64,000 nt of DNA from Paraspadella gotoi (taxonomy: Eukaryota; Animalia; Chaetognatha). Below are positions 11,201 to 24,300 of this stretch, piece after piece. The first letter of the stretch is position 1. Every line of letters begins with the position of its first letter. The DNA lies in the NCBI GenBank assembly GCA_051294375.1, contig CM119269.1:2658699-2722698 (forward strand), written 5' to 3'. Below the pieces are notes generated by a model. It did no database searches and was not told the origin of the DNA. It saw nothing but the letters and a program-made list of their open reading frames with translations. A program made the translations under genes and the position numbers.

Positions 11201-14200
11201 GCTCTGTTTTTAAGAGACGGGTTAAAACATAGGTCGGATTGCTGACTCGCGTTACTTTGGTTTTCTGACTGTCACCCGAGTTATTGGAGCATGTTATATG
11301 CTACTATGTGACGTAACGATTTGAATCTTACTATACGTCAGTTCCAGCTTCAACATTCCGCATTTTTTTTCCTCAGGAATTTCATTTGCTTCGGCCAGGT
11401 AATCGAGTCTGGCTACCAGAAATTCGTTCGCGAGGTTAAAAAAAAACGTCGACCTCTCGAACGAATTCATTGAATTCAAACTCGTTCGTGGATTCGACTC
11501 ATACAAGCAACGTAACCACACGAGATTAAGATCAAGGGTGTGGTTTTATTGCAATAAGCTGTTATTCTTTCATGATTAATTGTTTTGAAAGCTGATTTCT
11601 TGTAATACAGATGAAGACAATAAAATTTTAGTTAACACAAAGACAAAAAGGCGAACAGTTGTTTTTTTTTTTTTTTTTTTTTTAATTGCAATAGCTGTTA
11701 TTCTTTCATGAATTTAATTGTTTGAAAGCTGATTTTCTTGTAATACAGATGAAGACACATAAAAATTTTAGTTAACACAAACACAAAAGGCACAGAACAG
11801 TTTTTTTTTTTTGTTTTTTTTTACATATTGAGTGTACCAATTTCAAAGGAAACTATGCTTTTGCACCCCGAGCATCGTTTCATCGATTCAACCTTTTCCC
11901 TTCAGGTGACTTACACCAACGGCAAACCCGCCCGTCGACGAGAGGGATCCAAGTCGAGTTGGCGTCGGAAGGCGACACCGACGACTTCAACGTCACCGTC
12001 GATGGAGAGACGGCCGTCGTCGGCGTCAACCTTCGCGGCCAATTTCCTCGTCGGCGGTCACAACGTAAATGTACCGGACTCACGGCCAAAATCAGGTCGT
12101 TTTCCACTGGACGCCGATCGCGATGCGAGATTTAAAACGTGCACCACATTGTGGGCGGACCGTTTGCTGCTGCCGTCGGGCACATTCTTCCTTCGGGCTT
12201 GGAGATTCTCTGTCGGGCGATTCGCTCAAGCTGAAGCCTGTTGAGCTGAAGTGTGGCGAGAGAGCTTCGGTTTCGATCGAGTATAGCTCGCAGAATTCGG
12301 CGAAGGACGCAGAGGAGAAGCAGCGACTTTCTAATTCTTGCGCGAAACGGAATTCGTCGTCACGGACGGTGACGTTGAGAAAAGAGGGCGTGGTCGCCTT
12401 CGACGTCGATCCCAATTGGTCGCCGAAGTCGGCGTCGTCGTCTACGTCTTCAACGGCGTCGAGATCGTCTCAGATCATCTGCTTTCGATCTGGCGCCCTG
12501 TTTTCGAGAATGTCGTCTCTCTCTCTTTCATTCCGGCGATCGAACGGCGCCCGGCGCTGAGACGGAGTTGACGGTGACCCCAGCGGCGCCGTCCCTTGCG
12601 GACTCAGCGGGCGTCGATAAGAGCGTGGAGCTTGTTGGAGGCGGTGGAGAGGTGACGGTGGCGAAGTGTTGGAAAGGTATCCCGCGAAGAACGAGATGAA
12701 GAAACTCCGACTGTCGCGAGGCGATGGAGGACTTTTCGTGACGGATCTTCGGACGGTCGGGGATGTCTATGGTTGAGCTTTGTGAGATGGGGGTAAGGCT
12801 TTGTGAGATGGGTGTAAGGTCTTGTAGATGGGTAAGTCTTTGAAACGAAATTTGATAAGAGGGAATGAACGTTGATTAAGTTTCGATTTTTTTTTTGGTT
12901 CTTTAACATACCTAGAAATATTTACTTTTAATTTTTTGATATAAACTATTTAAATCAATGTACTAAGTACTGTGGCGGAAAATCAGTTGGTTGCGCTATT
13001 TAAGGCTATTTTCTAGCGCGTTTTTAAGTCATTCATAACATTAACATCCCATCCGTTCTTACAAGAATGTGGCGCGGTCGGAATCGAGGGGATGATGCAC
13101 AAAGAATGCGATATCGCCTCAGCTCGCTTTCGCCCGATGTCGGTTGACGAAGCGGCGGTCAGCGCGCCCGCTACGCGCTCCAATTTCCCGAGACTTGGCT
13201 GTTGAAACTGGTCAACGTACGGGGAAGAGCGCCGTCGTCGCCGCCAGAGTTCCCGACACGATCACCGAGTGGCGTCGCGTCGGCGCCGTCTGCCTCTCCG
13301 AGCGCGCCGGCTGGGCTTTGCCAAGGAGATCGGCTCACGGCGTCGCAGGATTTCTTCTTCGAGTTCACTTTCCACGAGGCAGTGAGAGAGAGTCGCTCTC
13401 CGCTCAAGGTGACATCCGTTGGAATCGATGATGACCGGCGATATATCAATGATTAGTTACAACTGCCCACTATCATGTGCCTTATTGTATAACCTATTAT
13501 GTTCTAAAGCAACTTATTTATGTATCAATTCAATCAATCAATCTCATTGGAGCAAATTTTTAAATTTTGAAAAAATGCAATCGTTTGTTAAAGAAAGAAT
13601 TATAGAATTAACTAATTCCCAAACTTCCACAGGTCCAAACCTTCAACTACCTCTCCGCCTGCTTGCCCGTTTCTCTCCGACTCGACGTAGCCAACGGCGT
13701 CGAAGTCCTCAGCGGCGCCAACGGCTTTGAATTCTGCGTCTGCGGGGCGTCGTTACCCAGGGAGTTCCGCTTGAAGGCGACGGAGGCGGCGACGTTGAAG
13801 TGGGCGTTGAGGCGACGACGACGAGGGACGGCGGAGTCTTGCGACGGACGGGAGGTGGCGAAGGGCGAGTCTTTGCCGATCGAGTGGAAAGGAAGTTGAG
13901 CGTTCGTGCGTCGAAGGATTCAACAACGTGAGCATCTGGTCTTCAATGAGACGAGTGTTGAAGTTGATTTGTCTCATTTCTGTTATTGTTGTTGTTGAAG
14001 ATGTTGACTGAGTCGTAAAGCGCTGTTTCTGCTAGAATTCCATTCTCGTCGGTCGAGTTCTGACGTTGTACTACTTGTACTACTTGTCTGACTTGTAATA
14101 TAGTTTCTAAAAACACAAATTATAAATGATGTTTAACACAATTAATAAGGAAACAGGTGACCGTCAGTGAGTCAAGAGTGAATACTGAAAGTTAATTACG

Positions 14201-16926
14201 AAGCTAATTTTATTATTAAATTATTCTTAAATAATTTAAATTATATTTATCACTGAAAATCAAAAAATATTAAAACTACCCTCTCCTTCAGGAACTCGTC
14301 AACTCAAAATTCATTGCCTCAATGACAACAAAAGGGAAGACTTTCCTTCGACCTGACCCGCGACGAAGCTCACGGCGCCATGATGTTCCCGGTTCATCCG
14401 CGGCGCCATCCAGGTCATTGGCGACGCCATGGGCCCCGCCCTCGGCAACCTCGACGGCCTGGTCCGCATGCCCTGCGGTTGCGGCGAGCAGACCATATCA
14501 CCATGTGCCCCAACGTCTACGTGCTCAAGTATCTGGCGGCGACGGGAGCAAGCCGAGCCGGAGATGCGGGCCAAGGCTCGGAGTTTCGCCTTGGAGGCTT
14601 ACAACAGGAAGTGACGAATTACCGGCGGCGCGACGGCTGTTGCTCGGCCTTTCCGACCGACGCCAGCGGCAGCGCCTGGTTGACAGGCTTCGTCTTAAAA
14701 TGCTTTGGTCAGAGCGAGGGGCGTGGTCTCCGACTTGAGCGACGTCGAGAACGTTCTCGGCCAAGCGTCAGTGGTTGAGCGAGAGGCAGAACGAGAACGG
14801 GAGTTATCAAAGCGTCGGTAGGGTAAGTTAAGGGTGGGTGAAGTTGTGGAAGAAAGAAGAAATCGATTGTAATGTAAAGTAACCGTTTATTTATCATTTT
14901 GATTTTTTAGAAAATAAATCGATTTTGTTAGAATCCAAGCAAGAATCGCTCTCTTTTTTTAACCACAAACTCGCAAACAAACTTTCTCCACGCCCCGGTC
15001 ATCCACACCGAGATGAAAGGCGAATTGGGATCCTCGGAATTCGGTCGCACAGCCTTCATCCTGACGGAGTGTTGGAGAGTGCGTACTCCGCCGCTTCGGA
15101 TTCCATCAACTCCGCCGTCCGCTTCCTACTCGCTCACAACCACACCGCCTTGCCCACCTTCGCCTTCGTGCTCGAGGCCTACGCCTTGGCGCTCAGCGGC
15201 GATCGAATCAGCGCCGCGCAGATGGCGCCGTGGGTGGCGGAGCGGCCCGGCGTCGTGTCGCCGACGCCGCTGGGAATTTATTGGCGCAAACGACGACGAC
15301 GACAGAAGCGAACACGGACCGGATGCTGCTGCGACGGGACGACGAAGAGTCGACGAAATCAAGGCGTCGACGTTGAGACGACGAGTTACGCCCTCTTGTG
15401 GACGCTGACGGAAAAAAGAGCGCGACTTGGGCGTCGTTTGGGCGTGGTCAAGTGGCTGACGGCGCAGCAGAAAGCCGGCGGAGGATTCGAATCCACGCAG
15501 GACACGATTTTGGGTGAGGGCGGTGTCGGTGTGAGGAGGTGGGATTGAAAAGAGGTGGGCGGAATTGAAGCAGCATTGTGTCTATATTTCTTTATTTCCT
15601 CCAGTCTGCCGTTATATGAAATTGGTAACAACCAATATAAATTATATATATTCGAAACCATTTGCCGTATAACCTCAATAAAATTCCAAATAACTCATCA
15701 GCCTTCGTCTTAATTTATTTTTTCCTCGTCACACCGCTTCCTTTCTCTCCCGCTTCAGGCCTCCAAGCTTGCAGAAAGCTGCGACCGTCTTGTACCGAAA
15801 CAACAAACAAAGACTCCGTCTCTTTGAGATGGACGAGCGAGGACGGAGAGAGGCGAAGATTCTCCTCTCGTTGATCAGTCGATTTCCAAAGAGAAACGGT
15901 CAGTTTCAGTGGGGGGGGGTTACTTTGGGATGGCATCCCTTTTCGGGACAGGATCAATTTCATTATGAGGTCGATTTTAAGGGATGGTTTTAAGCGGGAC
16001 TCTTTAAAAAAAGATGAGTAAAATTTGACGAATTTGTTAAGCGGAATTCACGACATTTCAGACTCGTGCTACAACGCGCTGCGTTCCCGTCGTGGGCGAG
16101 ACACTAAATTAATCGGTCTCTATGACGACGAAGGCGCCGTCTAATGCGTGCGTTCTCGCACAGGCGATACTTAGATACAACACAAGAGGTCTGGAGCACC
16201 GAGGTACATTTATGCGGCGATGTGTTAAAATGGATAGATTTACTTAAAGAATGAGTTTACGAACGAATCAAACTACTTGATAAATAATGAATGAAGGAGT
16301 ACAAATGAACGATGAATGGATCAATAAGTAATCGAATAAATTAGTGAATGATTTAACTACCCAACACCCGCGACTCAGATGAAAGAAGTGAAAGTGAACG
16401 CGACGACGACAAAGATCGAGCGGACGCGGAAGCAATCGCGTCGGACGAATGGAAGTCTGTCTCTTCTACGGAGATGAAGATCCTTCGGGGTGTACATCGC
16501 CGAGGCCAAACTTGCCGACCGGGTGGAAGCGAACAAGGTTCGGCTTGGACCACGATGGTGAGGGAAGAACGAGATTTTGTTGTCGATTCATTCATCTATT
16601 CGTAATTGATTTGTTTAGTCATTTTTTTTTTTAGTTAGCCGGTAAAGTTAACAATCAATTATTCGTTTATTAAATTCGTTCATTCATTGACTCGTCATGT
16701 ATGTATAATCTATTTCAACCATTCATTTATTTCCAGGCTCTCCCATCATGATGCAGGAGAACCGTCGCCAAGACTCTCCATCGCCGTCTACTTCGACGAA
16801 CTTCGGCCCAACGAAACCCACATGGCTCACTTTTCCGCCCACAAAGAATTCCAGGTAAGGCTACCACAAATTAAAAGATCTAGAAAAATCTGAAAGTTTA
16901 TTTCTCACGCCTCTTCTCTCTCTCTC

Positions 16927-16976
<50 letters not shown>

Positions 16977-17235
16977 TCTCTCTCTCTCCCCGCTTCTTCT
17001 AGGTTCCCGACGCCATTGCCGGGCAAAGTCGTTGCCACGATTACTACCCACCCAGAGTTCAGATGATGACGGAATTCGTTCTTATCGACGAGGGCAGCGC
17101 GGAGTCTTGGGCGTCGCCGATGGACCCAAAATATTCGATCCCACCGGCGCCGCCAACGCCGTCTCTGTCGGCTGGACTCTCGCGTCATTTTGCTCGCCAT
17201 CGCTCACGGTGTCGCGTCTTCGATGTTCACGTGTG
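11192..17235 (+). pseudogene. Frameshifted, 5'-truncated inverted copy of the TEP gene (MG3 to stop); pseudogene or uncorrected duplicate assembly
   Basis: Reverse complement of ~26990-20956 including introns; the same motifs (MPCGCGEQ at ~14470, VIHTEMKG at ~15000, GGFESTQDT at ~15490) are broken by many 1-bp indels. No copy of exons 1-6 was seen upstream. Confidence 0.85.
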
Positions 17236-17857
17236 AACCGAAAAAAATGAGATCACTGCTTTTACAATCGACGGAATCAAAATTGAATTTAGATTTTAGA
17301 ATCACATCCATGACGTCAACACGCAATAATTTAGAAAATTGATTTGTTTAAATGTCAAGAATGATTGGAAAGAATCGACCGGATTGCTCGTGAATGTTCG
17401 AAACTGCTTTCTTGTATTTGCCACCTTGTTGCTCTATTATTACTGGTTTAGCTATGACTAAATTATGTGTGATAATGAACGCTCATTGCAAAAAGTCCTC
17501 CTTGCCTTTCTTCTGCCCAGTTTTATCGTTCAAAGAACAGTTAAATCGATAAATAGTGAAATGATTCGTGAAAAATTTAATGCCGCCGTAATTAATTTGT
17601 TATCTCGATCGCGAGGCTTGTCTTCTCGCCGTCTCATCCAAGCTTCTCTCCCAAGCGGAAAAAGCTTGATTACTCGATGGAATCTCATTTGGTGGCGAGC
17701 GAAACTCGTTGGGCGAACTCGTGCGTCGAAGACGACGACGACCGACGACGAACGACGACGACGACGCAAAAGACGAAGATCATTAATGCGACGTCGATTG
17801 TCGACGACTACAATCGCTGTACGGAATGGAGAGGTTTATAATTACGTAGAGAGAGAG

Positions 17858-17890
<33 letters not shown>

Positions 17891-18065
17891 AGAGGGAGAG
17901 AGAGAGAGAGAAAGAGAGAGAAGAGAGAAAGAGAGAGAGAGATCAGCTATTACGGTCAAGAATGAAAAATCTTCCTTTTCAAGTCGAGCGAGAGATGAAG
18001 AGTCGATAGTCAGATCCTCGTTTTCTGGAAGAAGAATTCTCAAAAACTTTGCTCTCTCTCTCTGC

Positions 18066-18117
<52 letters not shown>

Positions 18118-18963
18118 CTCTCTTTTACTCTTTTCTTTTGTATTCTTCTCTATCGCCGGCGCGCTTTTCAAAAAAGACGGCATCGCGAGACGATGACTTT
18201 AATGACAGAAAGAGAAGAAAAGAAAGAAAAAAAAAAAGATGATTTCTTTACTCCCCATCCCCATCGCTTGCGTGAGTTGGGCTTCTTAACGACGTCGGAA
18301 AAGAAAAGGAGAAAAAAAAGAAGCTGCATCGATGGGGTTCGAACCCGCGAATAGTGAGAGAAAAATCGACGCGGGTCCAAAAAAACGAAATGGAACCATT
18401 TTTGGCTTTGGATCTCAGATTTTGCGATCATTTGATTCCGTTTCGATTGGATTTACGATTTTGCCATCATTTGTACTTCAAGTTTGCTTTGTGAGAAGGT
18501 CTTGTCAAGAACGTTCCATTCTTTATATTGGCCGATTTCTATCCTCTTTAGTTGAGCGAGTTTTCAACTCAGCGGTCGTTGGTGGGCCTGTTCTGTTCAT
18601 GAGTCTCTCCCTTACATTATAAATGCTCATATTTCGGATAATACGATTACCAGAAAAATATATGTGAAAGAAAGTCACTGCTGCCGCAACACATTGGATT
18701 ACCTTCTGTTTCACATTGATGCAGTTCGTCATGAGTTATTAGTTTTAATGTTGCACCACGAAATAAAGTAAAGAATAACTGGACAAACGTGTTCGTATTT
18801 TAAAACGGACTCCCTTTATAATAAAAAACATGATTCGATTTCAAAAACCCGCTCTGATTTTCTCCCGACTTCAATTCAAGATGTTAAACAATTAAACAAA
18901 CTGGCGTTATTCTCTCTCCTCTCTCTCTCCTCTCTCTCTCTCTTCTATCTCCTCTCTCTCTCT

Positions 18964-19017
<54 letters not shown>

Positions 19018-19199
19018 TCATCTCTCTCTCTTTACTTTTCCTCTCTGTCGCGATTCTAATCCAAACCAATTCTCGAAGGCGACAAACAATTTCATGCAAT
19101 TTGTTCTCCTTAAACACATCGACTTGATAAGCCGCTGTCGCCGCCGCCGCTATCGCACCGCCGCCCGCCGCCACCGCCGCCGCCGCCTCTAGCGCCGTA

Positions 19200-19236
<37 letters not shown>

Positions 19237-20034
19237 GCCAGTTTGTTTAATTGTTTAACATCTTGAATTGAAGTCGGGAGAAAATCAGAGCGGGTTTTTG
19301 AAATCGAATCATGTTTTTATTATAAAGGGAGTCCGTTTTAAAATACGAAAACGTTTGTCCAGTTATTCTTTACTTTATTTCGTGGCAACATTAAAACTAA
19401 TAACTCATGCACGAACTGCATCAATGTGAAACAAGAACGGTAAATCCAATGTGTTGCGCAGCAGTGACTTTCTTTCACATATATTTTCTGGTAATCGTAT
19501 TATCCGAAATATGAGCATTTATAATGTAAGTGGGAGAGACTCATGAACAGAACAGGCCCACCAACCGACCGCTGAGTTGAAAACTCGCTCAACTAAAGAG
19601 GATAGAAATCGGCCAATATAAAGAATGGAACGTTTCTTGACAAAGACCTTCTCACAAAGCAAACTTGAAAGTACAAATGATGGCACAAATCGTAAATCCA
19701 ACTCGAAACGGAATCAAATGATCGCAAATCTGAGATCCAAAGCCAAAAATGGTTCCATTTCGTTTTTTGGACCCGCGTCGATTTTTCTCTCACTATTCGC
19801 GGGTTCGAACCCCATCGATGCAGCTTCTTTTTTTTCTCCTTTTCTTTTCCGACGTCGTTAAGAAGCCCAACTCACGCAAGCGATGGGGATGGGGAGTAAA
19901 GAAATCATCTTTTTTTTTCTCTTTCTTTCTCTTTCTGTCATTAAGTCATCGTCTCGCGATGGTCCGTCTTTTTTGAAAAGGGCGGCGATAGAGAAGAAAT
20001 AAAAAAGAAAAGAGTAAAAAGAGAGGGAGAAGAG

Positions 20035-20104
<70 letters not shown>

Positions 20105-20253
20105 TGGCAAAAAGTTTTGAGAATTCTTCTTCATAGAAAACGAGGATCTGACATAGACCTTCTTCATCTCTCGCTCGACCTTGAAAAGGAAGATTTTTCA
20201 TTCTTGACGCGTATAATAAGCTGATCTCTCTCTCTCTTTCTCTCTTTCTCTCT

Positions 20254-20294
<41 letters not shown>

Positions 20295-20425
20295 CCGGTC
20301 GTCCGTCTCTCCTCACCCTCCCTCCTCTCTCTCTCTCTCTCTACGTAATTTATAAACCTCTCCATTCGTACAGCGATTGTAAGTCGTCGACAATCGACGT
20401 CGCAACTTAATGATCTTCGTCTTTT

Positions 20426-20457
<32 letters not shown>

Positions 20458-20955
20458 TTCGACGCACGAGTTCGTCCAACGAGTTCGTCGCCACCAAATG
20501 AGATTCCATCGAAGTAATCAAGCTTTTTCCGCTTGGGAGAGAAGCTTGGATGAGACGGCGAGAAGACAAGCCTCGCGATCGACGATAACAAATTTAATTA
20601 CGCGGCATTAAATTTTCACGACTCATTTCACTATTTATCGATTTAACTGTTCCTTTGAACGATAAAACTGGGCAGAAGAAAAGGCAAGGAGGACTTTTTG
20701 CAATGAGCGTTCATTATCACACATAATTTAGTCCATAGCATAAACCAGTAATAATAGAGAACAAGGTGGCAAATACAAGAAAGCAGTTTCGAACATTACG
20801 AGGCAATCCGTGTCGATTCTCCCAATCATTTCTTGACATTTAAACAAATCAATTTTCTAAATTATTCGTGTTGACGTCATGGATGTGATTCTAAAATCTA
20901 AATTCAATTTTGATTCCGTCGATTGTAAAAGCATGTGATCTCATTTTTTTCGGTT

Positions 20956-21238
20956 TCACGTGAACATCGAAGACGCGACACCGTGAGCGATGGCGAGCAA
21001 AATGACGCCGAGAGTCCAGCCGACAGAGACGGCGTTGGCGGCGCCGGTGGGATCGAATATTTTGGGTCCATCGGCGACGCCCAAGACTCCGGCGCTGCCC
21101 TCGTCGATAAGAACGAATTCCGTCATCATCTGAACTCTGGGTTGGTAGTAATCGTAGGCAACGACTTTGCCCGGCATGGGCCGTCATGGGAATCCTAGAA
21201 AGAAGCGGAGAGAGAGAGAGAGAGAGAGAGAGATGAAC

Positions 21239-21322
<84 letters not shown>

Positions 21323-24300
21323 AGAGAGAGGAGAGAGGGAGGGGCGTGAGAAAATAAACTTTCAGATTTTTTCTAGAATCTTTAATTTGTGCTTGCCTTC
21401 CTGAAAAAAATCTTTGTGGGCGGAAAAAGTGAGGCATGTGGTTTCGTTGGGCCGAAGTTCGTCGAAGTAGACGGCGATGGCAGAGTCTTGGCGACGGTTC
21501 TCCTGCATCATGATGGGAGAGCCTGGAAATAAATGAATGGTTGAATAGATTAATACATACATGACCGAGTCAATGAATGAACGAATTTAATAAACGAATA
21601 ATTGATTGTTAACTTTACCGGCTAACTAAAAAAAAAAATGACTAAACAAATCAATTACCGAATAGATGAATGAATCGACAACAAAATCTCGTTCTTCCCT
21701 CACCCATCGTGGTCCAAGCCGAACCCTTGTTCGCCTTCCACCCGGTCGGCAAGTTGGCCTCGGCGATGTACATCCCCGAAGGATCTTCATCTCCGTAGAA
21801 GAGACAGACTTCCATTCGTCCGACGCGATTTGCTTCCGCGTCCGACTCGATCTTTGTCGTCGTCGCGTTCACTTTCACTTCTTTCATCTGAGTCCGGGGG
21901 TTGGGTAGTTAAATCATTCACTAATTTATTCGATTACTTATTGATCCATTCATCGTTCATTCGTGTACTCCTTCATTCATTATTTATCAAGTAGTTTGAT
22001 TCGTTCGTAAACTCATTCTTTAAGTAAATTCTATCCATTTTAACACATCGCCGCATAAATGTACCTCCGGTGCTCCAGACCTCTTGGTGTTGTATCTAAG
22101 TATCGCCTGTGCGAGAACGCACGCATTAGACGGCGCCTTCGTCGTCATAGAGACCGATAATTTTAGTGTCTCGCCCACGACGGGAACCGCAGCGCGTTGT
22201 AGCACGAGTCTGAAATGTCGTGAATTCCGCTTAACAAATTCGTCAAATTTTACTCATCTTTTTTAAAGAGTCCCGCTTAAAAACCATCCCTTAAAATCGA
22301 CCTCATAATGGAAATTGATCCTGTCCCGAAAAAGGGATGCCATCCCCAAAGTAACCCCCCCCCCACTGAAACTGACCTGTTCTCTTTGGAAATCGACTGA
22401 TCAACGAGAGGAGAATCTTCGCCTCTCTCGTCCTCGCTCGTCCATCTCAAAGAGACGGAGTCTTTGTTGTTGTTTCGGTACAAGACGGTCGCAGCTTCTG
22501 CCAAAGCTTGGAGGCCTGAAAGCGGGAGAGAAAGGAAGCGGTGTGACGAGGAAAAAATAAATTAAGACGAAGGCTGATGAGTTATTTGGAATTTTATTGA
22601 AGGTTGATACGGCAAATGGTTCGAATATATATATATTTATATTGGTTGTACCAATTTCATATAACGGCAGACTGGAGAATATAAAGAATATAGACACAAT
22701 GCTGCTTCAATTCCGCCCACCATCTTTTCAATCCCCCACCTCCTCACCCGACACCGCCCTCACCCAAAATCGTGTCCTGCGTGGATTCGAATCCTCCGCC
22801 GGCTTTCTGCTGCGCCGTCAGCCACTTGACCACGCCCACAACGACGCCCAAGTCGCGCTCTTTTTCCGTCAGCGTCCACAAGAGGGCGTAACTCGTCGTC
22901 TCAACGTCGACGCCTTGATTTCGTCGATCTCTTCGTCGTCCTCGTCGCAGCAGCACCGGTCCGTCGTCGCTTCTGTCGTCGTCGTCGTTGCGCCAATAAA
23001 TTCCCGCGGCGTCGGCGACACGACGCCGGGCCCGCTCCGCCACCCACGGCGCCATCTGCGCGGCGCTGATTCGATCGCCGCTGAGCGCCAAGGCGTAGCC
23101 TCCGAGCACGAGGGCGAAGGTGGGCAAGGCGGTGTGGTTGTGAGCGAGTAGGAAGCGGACGGCGGAGTTGATGGAATCCGAGCGGCGGAGTACGCCACTC
23201 TCCAACACTCCCGTCAGGATGAAGGCTGTGCGACCGAATTCCGAGGATCCCAATTCGCCTTTCATCTCGGTGTGGATGACCTGGGGCGTCGGGAAAGTTT
23301 GTTTGCGAGTTTTGTGGTTAAAAAAAAGAGAGCGATTCTTGCTTGGATTCTAACAAAATCGATTTATTTTCTAAAAAAATCAAAATGATAAATAAACCGG
23401 TTACTTTACATTACATCGATTTCTTCTTTCTTCCACAACTTCACCCACCCTTAACTTACCCTACCGACGCTTTGATAACTCCCGTTCTCGTTCTGCCTCT
23501 CGCTCAACCACTTGACGCCTTGGCCGAGAACGTTCTCGACGTCGCTCAAGTCGGAGACCACGCCCCTCGCCTGACCAAAGCATTTTAAGACGAAGCCTGT
23601 CAACCAGGCGCTGCCGCTGGCGTCGGTCGGAAAGGCCGAGAACGAGCCGTCGCGCCGCCGGTAATTCGTCACTTCCCTGTTGTACCCGTCCAAGGCGAAA
23701 CTCCGAGCCTTGGCCCGCATCTCCGGCTCGGCTTGCTCCGTCGCCGCCAGATACTTGAGCACGTAGACGTTGGGGCACATGGTGATCATGGTCTGCTCGC
23801 CGCAACCGCAGGGCATGCGGACCAGGCCGTCGAGGTTGCCGAGGGCGGGGCCCATGGCGTCGCCAATGACCTGGATGGCGCCGCGGATGGAACCGGGAAC
23901 CATCATGGCGCCGTGAGCTTCGTCGCGGGTCAGGTCGAAGGAAAAGTCTTCCCTTTTGTTGTCATTGAGGCAAATGAATTTTGAGTTGACGAGTTCCTGA
24001 AGGAGAGGGTAGTTTTAATATTTTTAGATTTTCAGTGATAAATATAATTTAAATTATTTAAGAATAATTTAATAATTAAAATTAGCTCGTAATTAACCTT
24101 TTCAGTATTCACTCTTGACTCACTGACGGTCACCTGTTTCCCTTATTAATTGTGTTAAACATCATTTTATATATCTGTGTTTTTAGAAACTATATTACAA
24201 GTCAGACAAGTAGTACAAGTAGTACAACGTCAGAACTCGACCGACGAGAATGGAATTCTAGCAGAAACAGCGCTTTACGACTCAGTCAACATCTTCAACA

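Noticed and set aside
19019-19050. Possible PacBio adapter remnant (ATCTCTCTCTC..TTTTCCTC) at the palindrome turn
   Set aside because: Only a partial resemblance inside a CT microsatellite; cannot be separated from chance.
19795-19825. B-box-like CGCGGGTTCGAACCCC (mirror at ~18330; similar at ~55125)
   Set aside because: No A-box or cloverleaf nearby; not callable as tRNA.
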